Notes: generated by a model from the sequence alone, not told the origin. Shown: positions 1 through 9,936, numbered from the stretch's first letter. The stretch: DNA of 64,000 bases from Lentisphaeria bacterium (GCA_041690595.1 JAWLHB010000018.1:1-64000); one strand, 5' to 3'. Program-made: numbers and translations.

Positions 1-60
1 CGGAGGACGGAGGGGTGGACGGAGCGAGTGAGGCAGGTCGGAGGTTGGGAAGGGGCAACG

Positions 61-470
61 ACCAACGCCGGTGCCACTCAGGCGAGTGGCGTGCCCAGGA
101 GGGGAGGACGCGGCGCGAATGAGGGGGGCGGGGCGTTGGGAGGGGCAACGTCCAACGCCGGTGCCACTCAGGCGAGTGGCGTGCCCAGGAGGGGAGGACG
201 CGGAGCGAATGAGGGGGGCGGGGCGGCTGGGAGAGGGCAAGGCGCAAGCCGGTGCCACTCAGGCGAGTGGCGTGCCCAGGAGGGGTGGACGCGGAGCGAA
301 TGAGGGGGGCGGGGCGTTGGGGAGGGGCAAGGCGCAAGCCGGTGCCACTCAGGCGAGTGGCGTGCCCGGGATGGGAGGACGCGGAGCGAATGAGGAGGGC
401 GGGGCGTTGGGAGGGGCAAGGCGCAAGCCGGTGCCACTCAGGCGAGTGGCGTGCCCAGGAGGGGGACGCG
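61..470. repeat. Tandem array of five ~90-bp G-rich units, each with the palindrome GCCACTC-AGGC-GAGTGGC (REP/BIME-like)
   Basis: Core at 73-90, 163-180, 254-271, 344-361 and 433-450 (period 89-91 bp). The intervening sequence is also near-identical between units, so this is not CRISPR. Confidence 0.92.
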
Positions 471-741
471 AAGACGCGGAGAAGCTAACATCAGGCAGCC
501 CAAGGGGCTCGATCTCGACGGGTTCGACAGCCTACCATGGCAGGTGGCCGCTCAGAGAGCGGCTCAGTCGCGGCTCGGAGAGCTCTTCACTAATAGGTCC
601 TGTGGAATTGAGCGAGAAGAATGTCCGGGCAATGGCCGGGTGGGGTCCCCACGTTGAGCTCACACAGGAGGCGGAACGGGTTTGGACTTAGGAAGAAACA
701 TGTCCGGGGCCTGTGGAGGCTTACGGTATGGGGCGGCGGGG

Positions 742-2352
742 TCAGCTGGGCTGCTTTCGGCGGGCTTTGCGGCGGTAGGATTCGAAGTCTTCGAGGCCGC
801 CGCGGAAGTCGAGGATCTTCTGATCGTCGATATAGAAGATGCGGGTGGCGAGGCTGCGGACGAACTCGTAGTCGTGGCTGACGAAGAGGACGGTGTTCTG
901 GACGAGGGTGAGGGCGTAGTTGAGAGACTCGATGGACTCGAGGTCGAGATGGTTGGTGGGCTCGTCGAGGGCGATGACGTTGCCGCCCTGCATCATCATG
1001 CGGGCGAGGATGAGGCGGGCTTTCTCACCGCCGCTGAGGACGTCGATCTTCTTGTTGACGTCGTCGCCGCTGAAGAGCATCTTGCCCATGAAGCTGCGCA
1101 GCTCGGGATCGGTGAGGTCGCGCTGCTCGACGGAACATCGGAGCCATTCCATGGCGGGTTCGCGTCCCTTGAGCTGACTGCCGGCGTCCTGGGGGAAGTG
1201 GCTGAAGTCGACGGTGTCGCCGAAGCGGACCTTGCCGCGATCGGGCTGGAGCTCGTTGAGGAGGATTCGCAGGAGGGTGGTTTTGCCGACGCCGTTGGTG
1301 CCGAGGATGGCGACCTTTTCGTCATTTTCGATGGTGGCGCTGAAGTCGCGGAAGAGGAGGGAGTCATAGCTTTTGGAGATGCCCTCGAGTTCGATGACCT
1401 TGTCGCCGAGGCGCTGCTTTGGCTTGAAGCGGATGTAGGGGGACTGGCGGGAGCTTGGCTTGATCTCTTCGAGCTGAATGCGGCGGAGTTCGTTCTGGCG
1501 GGAAGTGGCCTGGCGGGCTTTGCTGGCGTTGGCGCCAAAGCGGCTGATGAACTCGCGCAGCTCGGCCACGCGCTTTTCCTTCTTGCTGTTGTCGTTGCGA
1601 ATGCGCTCGAGGGCTTCTTCATTGGCGATCATGAAATCGTCGTAGTTGCCGGTGAAGAGGCGAACTTCGCAGTAATCGAGGTCGGCGATGTGGGTGCAGA
1701 CGGAGTTGAGAAAATGGCGGTCATGGGAGATGACGACGACGGTGCCCTTGTTGGCGGCGAGGAAGCCGACAAGCCATTCGCGGCTGGCCATGTCGAGATG
1801 GTTGGTGGGCTCGTCGAGGAGGAGGATGTCGGGCTTGCCAAAGAGGCACTGGGCGAGGAGGACGCGGAGCTTGAAGCCGCCGGTGAGGGCGCTGAGGGGG
1901 CGGGAGTGGAAGGATTCGTCGATACCGAGACCGATGAGGAGCTTGGCGGCTTCGGCTTCCATGGTGTAGCCGCCGGCATTGCCGAACTCTTCTTCGATGT
2001 GGGCGGCGCGCTCTTCTTCCTTCTCGGTCAAAGCTTCGTGGGAGTAGAGGTGCTCGCGCTCCTGGTGGATGCGCCAGAGAGCGGGATTGCCCATGAAGAC
2101 GACGTCGAGGATGACGGTGTTCTCGTACTCGTAGTGATCCTGCTTGAGGTAGCCGAGGGTGCAGCCGGAGTCGATGGCGATCTGCCCTTTGGTGGCGACG
2201 ACTTCGCCGGTCATGATCTTCATGAAGGTGGACTTGCCGACACCGTTGGCACCGATGAGGCCATAACGGTTGCCGGGACGGAACTTGACGCTAACGTCCT
2301 TGAACAGGGTGTTCTGGCCGAAGCTCATGGTGACGGAAGAGGTGGCGATCAT
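742..2352 (-). CDS. ABC-F family ribosome-associated ATPase (YbiT-like)
   Basis: Two ABC domains (GANGVGKST and GTNGVGKTT, LSGGE, DEPTNHLD twice) joined by a linker; no TM segments; 536 aa. Confidence 0.93.
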   Translation of the reverse strand: MIATSSVTMSFGQNTLFKDVSVKFRPGNRYGLIGANGVGKSTFMKIMTGEVVATKGQIAIDSGCTLGYLKQDHYEYENTVILDVVFMGNPALWRIHQEREHLYSHEALTEKEEERAAHIEEEFGNAGGYTMEAEAAKLLIGLGIDESFHSRPLSALTGGFKLRVLLAQCLFGKPDILLLDEPTNHLDMASREWLVGFLAANKGTVVVISHDRHFLNSVCTHIADLDYCEVRLFTGNYDDFMIANEEALERIRNDNSKKEKRVAELREFISRFGANASKARQATSRQNELRRIQLEEIKPSSRQSPYIRFKPKQRLGDKVIELEGISKSYDSLLFRDFSATIENDEKVAILGTNGVGKTTLLRILLNELQPDRGKVRFGDTVDFSHFPQDAGSQLKGREPAMEWLRCSVEQRDLTDPELRSFMGKMLFSGDDVNKKIDVLSGGEKARLILARMMMQGGNVIALDEPTNHLDLESIESLNYALTLVQNTVLFVSHDYEFVRSLATRIFYIDDQKILDFRGGLEDFESYRRKARRKQPS

Positions 2353-2490
2353 GGTAGGGCAGCACTGGAACTGGAGGTTGGGTCGAGAAAAGCAAAAGCG
2401 TTCAAGATACCACGTCTAACCGGAATAGCAAGGGCTGATGGCGAGTGGCGCGGGCACGCGGGCACGATCGGCGGGGCGGAGATGATCGGC

Positions 2491-2690
2491 GGGGCGCTGC
2501 CCCGGACCCCGCTGGGGAGGCGCACCTCCCCAGCCCCCTCAGTACTTTTTGTCGGGTTCCGGAGATCGGATCTCCAGATCCCGACGGGACGCGGAGAGGT
2601 GGGGACGCGATGTCTGGGAGGGGCGATGGAAGGTTGGGGAGGAAGCGGGGCGCGGAGGCGGAGCCACTCAGGCGAGTGGCGTGCCCAGGA
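2491..2690. repeat. Intergenic mosaic of REP-like hairpins
   Basis: GCTGGGGAGG-CGCA-CCTCCCCAGC (2511-2534); GTCGGG...GGAGATC-G-GATCTCC...CCCGAC (2551-2585); a solo GCCACTC-AGGC-GAGTGGC copy (2663-2680). Confidence 0.75.
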
Positions 2691-2720
2691 GGGTGAGTGA
2701 TGTTCCCAGAATTGCTTTAG

Positions 2721-5700
2721 TCAGCTGGTGGTGTCGGGCGAGCTTGAAACAGATAGGGCTTCGCGCTTTTCGATCCAGCCCAGATCGCCGAGGATCATGT
2801 ACATGCATGGCAGAGCGAGCAGAACCAGAAAGGTGGAAGCCATCAAGCCGAAGGCGGTGCTGATCACCAGAGGCTTGAGGATCTGGGCCTGGAGACTGCG
2901 CTCGAAGAGGATCGGCAGCAGGCCGGCAATGGTGGTGGTCGAGGTGAGCAGGACGGCTCGGAAACGGTCGCGGCTTGCGGCGGCGGCGGCCTCATGCAGG
3001 GTGGTGGCGGTGGTGCGCGCGTGCTTGAGGAAGATGACCAGCAGGATGGAATCGTTGACGACGATACCGGCGAGGGCGATGAAGCCCAGCAGACTGGGGG
3101 TACTGATGGGCGTCTGCATCAAGGCATGGCCGAAGATGACGCCAATCAGGGAGAAGGGGATGGCGATCATGACGATCAGAGGTTCAGTATAGGTACGAAA
3201 CTGGAAGCTGAGCAGGACAAAAATGCCAATCATGCCGATGCCGAGAGCGGCAAGCATGGATAGGCGCGTTCGTCCCGTCTCCTCGAGTTCTCCGGCAATG
3301 GTCAGGTCGATGCGTGGATACTTCTGGCGAAAATCGGCCAGATGGGTTTGGCGGAAGAGGCCCATCAGCTCGTTGGCATTTATCAGGCGGGTGTCGACAT
3401 CGCCGTAGAGGGTGACGGCACGCGTTCGGTTGAAGCGTGCGATGCGAGCCCATCCGCGTTCGGGCGTCCACGCAGCGACGCTGCGCAAGGGCACCTCCCT
3501 TCCATCCGCGAGTACCAGCATGAAATCTTCCAGGTACTTGAGGCTGTCACGCTCGGTTTCGGCCAGGCGCACATCGATCTCGTAGGACTCGCTGCCGATC
3601 TGGACTTCGTCAGCGACCAGCCCCTGGAAAGCGCCGCGCAACTGCCGGGCCACCTGTTCGGCGGTGATGCCGATGCCGTGGGCATCTTCGCGCAGGCGCA
3701 GGCGCAGCTCCGGCTTGCCCGGCCGCAGGTCGTCGGTCAGGTTGATGACACCCTTGAATTGGCTGAACCATGTATGGAGTTCCCGGACGGCACTTTGCAG
3801 CTCGGTCAGGTCATGACCGCGCAGGCGCACCTCGATAGGGCGACCGCCGGGGCCGAAGCCCGGTTCGCTCAGAGTGAGGCTGATCAGATCGGGCGGTGAG
3901 CCGATCTGGCGTCGCCACTCCGCGAGGTAGGCGTCGATGGTGCCGGATCGTTCCTCGGCACTGAGCAGGTCGACGGTGATGGTGGCGACGTGGGGGCCGC
4001 TTTCGAAGGCCTCGGTGTTGTGGCTGAACTGGACATACGCATTCTCGACAAGGTCGCGTTGGTTGGGTTGCTCCGGCGCAAAGGCTTGATTCGTGCGCTC
4101 CAGGGCATCGAGAATCCGTGCCACGGTCAGTTCGGTGCGGGCCAGTGGTGTTCCCTGGGGCATCAGGAGGCGGGCCACGACCACGTCACCTTCCAGTTCG
4201 GGGAATCCCTGCACCTTGATTCTGCCTGAGGCGAGCATGGCGATCGAAAGGATGAAGAGCGCGATGATCGCGCTGAAAACCAGGTAGCGATGGCGGAGCA
4301 GATGCGTTACGACATTGCCGGCGATGTTCCGGCGAATCCACTCGATGAAGCTGTCGAAACGACGTCTCATAGTTCCGGCCTGGTGCGGATCGACATGGCG
4401 CATGGCGTGATTGAGGTGGGCGGGCAGGATGACAAAAGCTTCGATCAGACTGACGGCCAGCACGAGGAGCAGAATCATGGGCACGACGCGCAGAACGCGT
4501 CCGATCTGACCGCCGATGAAGGCGAGGGGTGCCAGCACGCAGGTGGTGGTGATGAAGGAGGAGACGACGCCGGCGGCGACCTCTTTGGTGCCGTCAACGG
4601 CGGCTTGAAGCGGTCCCTTTCCCAGCAGTCGGTGTGCGGCAATGTTCTCGGCGATGACGATGGCGTCGTCCATCAGGAGTCCAAGTGCCAGAAGCAGCCC
4701 GACCATGGTGAACATGTTGACGCTCAATCCCAGGTGGGGTGCGATCAGGAAGGCGCCAAGGAAGGAGACAGGTAACCCCATGGCTACCCAGAAGGAGACG
4801 CGAATGTTGAAGAAGGCCCACATGACCAAGAATACGAGAACCAAACCCTGCATGCCGTTGGTGATGAGCATGTTCATGCGATCGGCCAGAATCAAGGATT
4901 CGTCCTGGCTGATGGTGAGCGTCATTTGTGGATGTCGCGAGCGCTCGTCTTCGATGAAGGCCCTGGCGCGTTGGGCGACCTGGATGGTGTCTTCGGCCTT
5001 TGTTTTGCGGATGTTCAGCAATGCGCAACGGTGTCCGTTCATCACGATCTTCTGGTCGTCGCGTTCGAAGAGATCCACTATGGTGGCGATCTCGCCCAGG
5101 CGGATTTCAGCGCCGTCGGTACCCGCCCATACCACCAGACGTTCAAGTTCTTCGGGGGTGCGGCGCTGATCATGGAAACGCAGGAGGATATCGCGCTCTC
5201 TTGTTTCGATGGTTCCCAGCGGCATGTCGCGGCTTTGCGCGGCGATGGCGTCGGCCACCATGGGCACCGTCAGCCCGGTGCGCCGCAGTTCGGCCGCGGA
5301 GAGGGCGAGCCGCAGTTGGTGTTCGGAGAAGCCCTCGATATCGATCAGGGCCAGTCCCGATTCCTGCATGCGATCCTTGAGGTTCTCGCTGTATGCCTTC
5401 AGGTCAGGTGTGTCCAACGGCCCTGCCACGAGCAAGGCCATGACGAGATCCGTACGGCCGAGTTCCACGATAACCGGCTCCTCGACGTCATCGGGAAAAT
5501 CGTCAATGGCATCGATGCCGCGCTCGATATCGTTGAAGAAGGTCTGAAAGTCGCCATTCTCGCTCATCTCGACGACGGTGATGGAGAGCCCTTCGCGGGA
5601 GTCGGTGCGGATCTCATGCAGGTAGCTGACGTCGTCGAGGGCATCCTCGACGCGTTGCGCCACGGTTTCCTCGACCTCTTCGGCGGTGGCGCCGGGATAG

Positions 5701-5843
5701 GGAATGCGGATTTCCACTTCACTGGGCGCGAAGTCGGGCATGGTTTCGCGCAGAATCCGCGGCAATGCCATCAACCCGGCGATGATGAAGAGCGCCATCA
5801 CCAGGTTGGCGGCGGTGGGATGGCCGGCGAAGAAGCGGATCAT
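2721..5843 (-). CDS. RND efflux transporter permease (AcrB/AcrD/AcrF family)
   Basis: 1040 aa, two hydrophobic halves, GLLMDDAIVIAENI and RFRAVLLTSTTT motifs. Confidence 0.95.
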   Translation of the reverse strand: MIRFFAGHPTAANLVMALFIIAGLMALPRILRETMPDFAPSEVEIRIPYPGATAEEVEETVAQRVEDALDDVSYLHEIRTDSREGLSITVVEMSENGDFQTFFNDIERGIDAIDDFPDDVEEPVIVELGRTDLVMALLVAGPLDTPDLKAYSENLKDRMQESGLALIDIEGFSEHQLRLALSAAELRRTGLTVPMVADAIAAQSRDMPLGTIETRERDILLRFHDQRRTPEELERLVVWAGTDGAEIRLGEIATIVDLFERDDQKIVMNGHRCALLNIRKTKAEDTIQVAQRARAFIEDERSRHPQMTLTISQDESLILADRMNMLITNGMQGLVLVFLVMWAFFNIRVSFWVAMGLPVSFLGAFLIAPHLGLSVNMFTMVGLLLALGLLMDDAIVIAENIAAHRLLGKGPLQAAVDGTKEVAAGVVSSFITTTCVLAPLAFIGGQIGRVLRVVPMILLLVLAVSLIEAFVILPAHLNHAMRHVDPHQAGTMRRRFDSFIEWIRRNIAGNVVTHLLRHRYLVFSAIIALFILSIAMLASGRIKVQGFPELEGDVVVARLLMPQGTPLARTELTVARILDALERTNQAFAPEQPNQRDLVENAYVQFSHNTEAFESGPHVATITVDLLSAEERSGTIDAYLAEWRRQIGSPPDLISLTLSEPGFGPGGRPIEVRLRGHDLTELQSAVRELHTWFSQFKGVINLTDDLRPGKPELRLRLREDAHGIGITAEQVARQLRGAFQGLVADEVQIGSESYEIDVRLAETERDSLKYLEDFMLVLADGREVPLRSVAAWTPERGWARIARFNRTRAVTLYGDVDTRLINANELMGLFRQTHLADFRQKYPRIDLTIAGELEETGRTRLSMLAALGIGMIGIFVLLSFQFRTYTEPLIVMIAIPFSLIGVIFGHALMQTPISTPSLLGFIALAGIVVNDSILLVIFLKHARTTATTLHEAAAAASRDRFRAVLLTSTTTIAGLLPILFERSLQAQILKPLVISTAFGLMASTFLVLLALPCMYMILGDLGWIEKREALSVSSSPDTTS

Positions 5844-7225
5844 GGGGATGCCTCCCGACCCTCGGCCTGCGCGAGGATGCGTTCACGCAGATCCGCATCG
5901 TCGACGGCTTCCACCTTCATCCCCTCGATGGCAGGGGAAGGATCGGAAACAACGATGGTCTCGCCGCCCTGGAGTCCGGACTCGAGGACGATCAAATCGT
6001 CCTGCTCGAAGGCGATGTTGACAGTCCGCCGGCGCAATCTTCCCTCCTCGTCGACGAGATAAACGGTCCCGCTCCGCACGGCGCTGCGCGGCAGAACAAC
6101 GGTCTGGAGAAGTGGCGGCGCCTGCAGTTGCATTTCGCAGTACATGCCGCGGACAAGGGCCGGGCGGACGCCGGGGACCACCTGCCCATAGGGATCCTCG
6201 ACAACGGCCACAACATTGATGGCTCGGGTGCGTGGATCGACAGCTTCACGAATCCGGTCGAATCGCGCGGGCCAGGTGGCCTCCCAGTCGCCGCTGCGCA
6301 GCCGGATCGTGACGGTAAGATCGAAGAGTTGGCGCAGTCTTTCCATGGTGATGCCCGGCTCGAAGTGGCGACGTTTTTCGAGCGGCAGCAGGTTCCGCAA
6401 TTGTTCGGGACGGAACTTCGCTTCGATCTCCACCGTGCCCGTCCCATGTGCCTCGAAGAGTTGCTGACCGGCATGGAGCACCTGCCCCACCTCCATGCTG
6501 ACGCTGCCAAGACGGCAATCGAAGGGGGCGCGAATGACTGTCCTGGCCAAATCGAGTTGAGCCTGCTTCAAGTTGGCCTCATGGACGGCAAGCGCGGCCG
6601 TGAGAGCGTCACGGCGGGCGGGAATCTGTGCAAGGGCGTTGGTGAGCTGCTGAACGGCCTGTTCCTGTTGCAGAACGCTGCGCTCTTCGCGATCCACCTC
6701 ATCGGCTGCAACCGCTTCTTGTTGACGGAGGGTTCGCAGACGCTCCAGAGATTGGCGGGCAAAAGCCAGCGACCGTTTCTCGATCTCGAGCGACGCCTTC
6801 GCGTTGCGCTCTTCGGCTGCCAGTTCATCCAGCTTGGCCTGAGTTTCCGCAATGCTTGCCGTACGCTGCGCCACCGCCAACTCGTACTCCGTGGGGTCGA
6901 TGCTGAGCAGCACAACCCCCTCGCCAAGCAATGCGCCGGACTCCAGGCGGGGATGCGCCGAGACGACGGTGCCCTTGACTTCGGCCACCGCCTGCCAGAC
7001 GCGCGCCGGCTCGGCCAGCCCGTAGCCGACCGCTCGCGGGCTGAAGGCGACGAGCGGCACGTCGATGACGCGCATGGTCCTGCCCACTTCCTGGACATCT
7101 TTGCGGACAGGCGCGGACCGGGTCTTCATCAGGACGATGACAACGCCCACGGCAATCAGTATCGGCAGTAGCCGAAGAGCCACGCGGAAGGTTTTTCGGA
7201 TGATGTTGCGCGTGTGTTCAGTCAT
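5840..7225 (-). CDS. RND periplasmic adaptor (membrane fusion protein)
   Basis: N-terminal TM anchor, lipoyl halves, long coiled coil and IRAPFD motif; 4-bp overlap with the RND gene. Confidence 0.92.
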   Translation of the reverse strand: MTEHTRNIIRKTFRVALRLLPILIAVGVVIVLMKTRSAPVRKDVQEVGRTMRVIDVPLVAFSPRAVGYGLAEPARVWQAVAEVKGTVVSAHPRLESGALLGEGVVLLSIDPTEYELAVAQRTASIAETQAKLDELAAEERNAKASLEIEKRSLAFARQSLERLRTLRQQEAVAADEVDREERSVLQQEQAVQQLTNALAQIPARRDALTAALAVHEANLKQAQLDLARTVIRAPFDCRLGSVSMEVGQVLHAGQQLFEAHGTGTVEIEAKFRPEQLRNLLPLEKRRHFEPGITMERLRQLFDLTVTIRLRSGDWEATWPARFDRIREAVDPRTRAINVVAVVEDPYGQVVPGVRPALVRGMYCEMQLQAPPLLQTVVLPRSAVRSGTVYLVDEEGRLRRRTVNIAFEQDDLIVLESGLQGGETIVVSDPSPAIEGMKVEAVDDADLRERILAQAEGREASP

Positions 7226-7273
7226 GGGAGTGATGCTTTTTGTTCGGTTGGTGAGTTCTGCTCGCGGGGATCC

Positions 7274-7900
7274 TCATGTTTCATCTCCCAGTGGCGCTTC
7301 GCTGCGCTGGACCAGGCCTTGCAGGAATACCGGCCAGGCGGCAGTCAGGTGGCTTTTCGGATCGAAGCCATCCATGGAAAGGCGGTGAAGCATGGCGGCG
7401 GGAAGAACCAGCCCGATGAACATGACCGCGGCCGTGCGTGAAGGAATATCGGAACGAATATCGCCCTCCTGCTGACCCTGTTCGACGATGAGCGCAACCT
7501 CCTGAAGATACGACCCCATCGTGTCGCGCAAAGCAGACCAACGTTCCTGATGATCCGCCTGCGCGAAATGGGCGAATATGACGTGGAGGAAAGCGGGGGT
7601 CTCAACCACCAGGGTCAGGTGACGAATCAGCAGCAACCGCAGGCGTTCCAGTGCGTCGGTGGCCTCGCCGCGCACCGCCTCCACATTGGCCAGCATCCGT
7701 GATCGCAGGAGATTCAGGACCGCGTCCAGGACGGCCTCCTTCCCCCTGTAGTGGCGGTAGAGCGCAGAGGGCACAATTCCCACGCGCTCAGCGATGCCTG
7801 CCATGCTCAGGCTCGAAAGTCCTCCGGAGGCGATCATCTCCATCGCGGCTTCGGCGATCTGTTCCTGGCGAAGGTCCGTATTGGTCTTTGTCGCTCGCAT
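7274..7900 (-). CDS. TetR/AcrR family regulator
   Basis: N-terminal HTH (IAERVGIVPSALYRHY). Start moved to the ATG at 7900 because the longer ORF runs through the promoter. Confidence 0.92.
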   Translation of the reverse strand: MRATKTNTDLRQEQIAEAAMEMIASGGLSSLSMAGIAERVGIVPSALYRHYRGKEAVLDAVLNLLRSRMLANVEAVRGEATDALERLRLLLIRHLTLVVETPAFLHVIFAHFAQADHQERWSALRDTMGSYLQEVALIVEQGQQEGDIRSDIPSRTAAVMFIGLVLPAAMLHRLSMDGFDPKSHLTAAWPVFLQGLVQRSEAPLGDET

Positions 7901-7932
7901 CCGGATGCTTGACTCCCACTGGTTGATCTTGA

Positions 7933-7979
7933 ATTGTGATTCACTATTCACAATATACACCAATGGGTTGTCTCGTCAA
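7933..7979 (-). promoter_or_regulatory. Sigma70-like promoter of the tetR-MFP-RND operon with an overlapping palindromic operator
   Basis: Minus strand TTGACG-16 nt-TATATT (7979-7974, 7957-7952). Inverted repeat ATTGTGA-N8-TCACAAT at 7933-7954 overlaps the -10. Confidence 0.72.
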
Positions 7980-8144
7980 AGCGAACTTGGCAGCGGACAG
8001 GAAGGTTTTCCTTCTCCGGAGCTTGACTTTTGAGTTATCTGATGTATGCTATATGTTCTGACTTTCGGTTATGAAGGCGAGACATGGGGTAAGCAGTGAG
8101 GATTTGGTATGGGTTGGTATCCGGCATCACAGGAGGATGGGGTT

Positions 8145-8465
8145 GGACCGAGGATTGGACCGAGGTTATTGGGATGGAGCGAAGCGCAGAAAGCCGCTCG
8201 GGACAAACACGGACAAAACGGACGGACACGGACAATCGGTGGCACTGTCGGACCGAGGATTGGACCGAGGTTTTGGGGGTGGAGCGAGGCACGAGAGGCC
8301 ACTCCGGACGAAACACGGACACGGACAATCGGTGGCACTGTCGGACCGAGGATTGGACCGAGGTTTTGGGGTGGAGAGGCGCAAGAGGCCACTCCGGACG
8401 AGACACGGACACGGACAATCGGTGGCACTGGCGGACCGAGGATTGGACCGAGGTTTTGGGGTGGA
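8145..8465. repeat. Second tandem repeat family (~90-105 bp units; core GGACCGAGGATTGGACCGAGG plus ACACGGACACGGACAATCGGTGGCACTG)
   Basis: Cores start at 8145, 8250, 8343 and 8433; a detached copy starts at 8757. Confidence 0.9.
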
Positions 8466-8835
8466 GCAACTATGGCAATTGCAGGGCCGATGGGGAGAAC
8501 GTCTCACTAGTAAGTCCCGTGGAATTGAGCTTACACGGGGGGGCAGCAATGGCCGTTGGGGTAATGGCGGGATCGGTACCGATGGGGAGGCGAGGGGATA
8601 TGAGGGGAGTCAGGCGTCGGGGAGTGGCAACGTCCAACGCCGGAGCCACTCAGGCGAGTGGCGTGCCCAGGGTGCGCGCAATGGCAGGGCCGTTGGGGAC
8701 AACGGCCTAATCGCTGTTCGGAGAATGTCTCCCATTTGCCGAGGGCCGATGGAGCAGGACCGAGGATTGGACCGAGGTTTTGGGGTGGGATGGAGGTGGG
8801 GATTATAGTATGGCTGGGGTAATCACTTCTGAGGC

Positions 8836-9936
8836 ATGACGATGCGGTATCGCTACTATGAATGGGACCGGGAGCTGATGGAGCGGCTGATGGCGGAGCA
8901 GGACCTGATGCGCCTGTTCAACCATCTGCTTCTGCAGACGAATGGGAATGTGGACGAGGCGCTGCGGTGGATGGAGCATTTTCAGGAGCGGGGCTACATC
9001 GGTAAGGATGTGGATCTGAAGGGCTTCAAGCGACGGCTGCGGGATGAGGAGATCGTGCGGCTGGAAGGTGGCGCGCATCGGCTGACGAAGCGCGGCGAGA
9101 AGGGGCTTCGGCAGGAGTCGCTGGACTTTATCTTCCGTAACTTGAAGGAGTCGGGAATCGGCTCGCATCCGCTGGGCCGGGAGGGCGAAAATCCGGGGGA
9201 GCAGCTGCCGGAAAGCCGGCCGTTCCTGTATGGGGATTCGCCGCGGGATATCGATTTCAACGAGTCGTACAAGAATACGATGCGACGGGTGGGGCTGGGG
9301 GATCTGGAGTTGGAGGAGGAGGACCTGGCGGTACGCGAGCGTGAGGCGCGGACGGGGGCGGCGACGGTGCTGCTGCTGGATATCTCGCACTCGATGGTGC
9401 TCTATGGGGAGGATCGGATCACGCCGGCGAAGCAGGTGGCGATGGCGCTGGCGGAGATGATCAAGACGCGGTATCCGAAGGATAGCCTGGACATCGTGGT
9501 CTTCGGAGATGAGGCGAAGCGGATCAAGCTGTCGGAGCTGGCGTATGTGGGGGTCGGGCCGTATCATACGAACACGCAGGAAGGTCTGCGGATGGGTCGA
9601 GAGTTGCTGCTGCGCCGGAAGTCGAACAATCGGCAGATCTTCATGATCACGGATGGCAAGCCGTCGGTGGTGCGGGAACGCTCGGGAGAGTTGTACATGA
9701 ATTCCTTCGGGCTGGATCCGTACATTGTGAACCAGACCCTGAACGAAGCGATGGCGTGCCGGAAGAAGGGGATCGTGATCACGACGTTCATGATCGCGAG
9801 CGATGGGTATCTGCAGCAGTTCGTGCGGCGGCTGACGGAGTTGAACCGGGGACGGGCGTACTTCGCGCCGTTGAACCGGCTGGGTGGCTTTATCTTTCAC
9901 GATTTCATGAACCATCGTCACAAGCGGGCGAAGTAG
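8836..9936 (+). CDS. VWA-domain protein
   Basis: MIDAS DISHS, TNT and ITDG motifs; 366 aa. Confidence 0.85.
   Translation: MTMRYRYYEWDRELMERLMAEQDLMRLFNHLLLQTNGNVDEALRWMEHFQERGYIGKDVDLKGFKRRLRDEEIVRLEGGAHRLTKRGEKGLRQESLDFIFRNLKESGIGSHPLGREGENPGEQLPESRPFLYGDSPRDIDFNESYKNTMRRVGLGDLELEEEDLAVREREARTGAATVLLLDISHSMVLYGEDRITPAKQVAMALAEMIKTRYPKDSLDIVVFGDEAKRIKLSELAYVGVGPYHTNTQEGLRMGRELLLRRKSNNRQIFMITDGKPSVVRERSGELYMNSFGLDPYIVNQTLNEAMACRKKGIVITTFMIASDGYLQQFVRRLTELNRGRAYFAPLNRLGGFIFHDFMNHRHKRAK

Noticed and set aside
61..470. CRISPR array
   Set aside because: The spacers are near-identical to each other, the period is ~90 bp and there are no cas genes.
682..2700. 672-aa + strand ORF
   Set aside because: Antisense shadow of the ABC-F gene caused by high-GC codon bias; no motifs.
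8145..8465. CRISPR array, or repeat-protein ORFs (8035-8808, several frames)
   Set aside because: The linkers are homologous, and ORFs appear in most frames on both strands because the repeat lacks stop codons.
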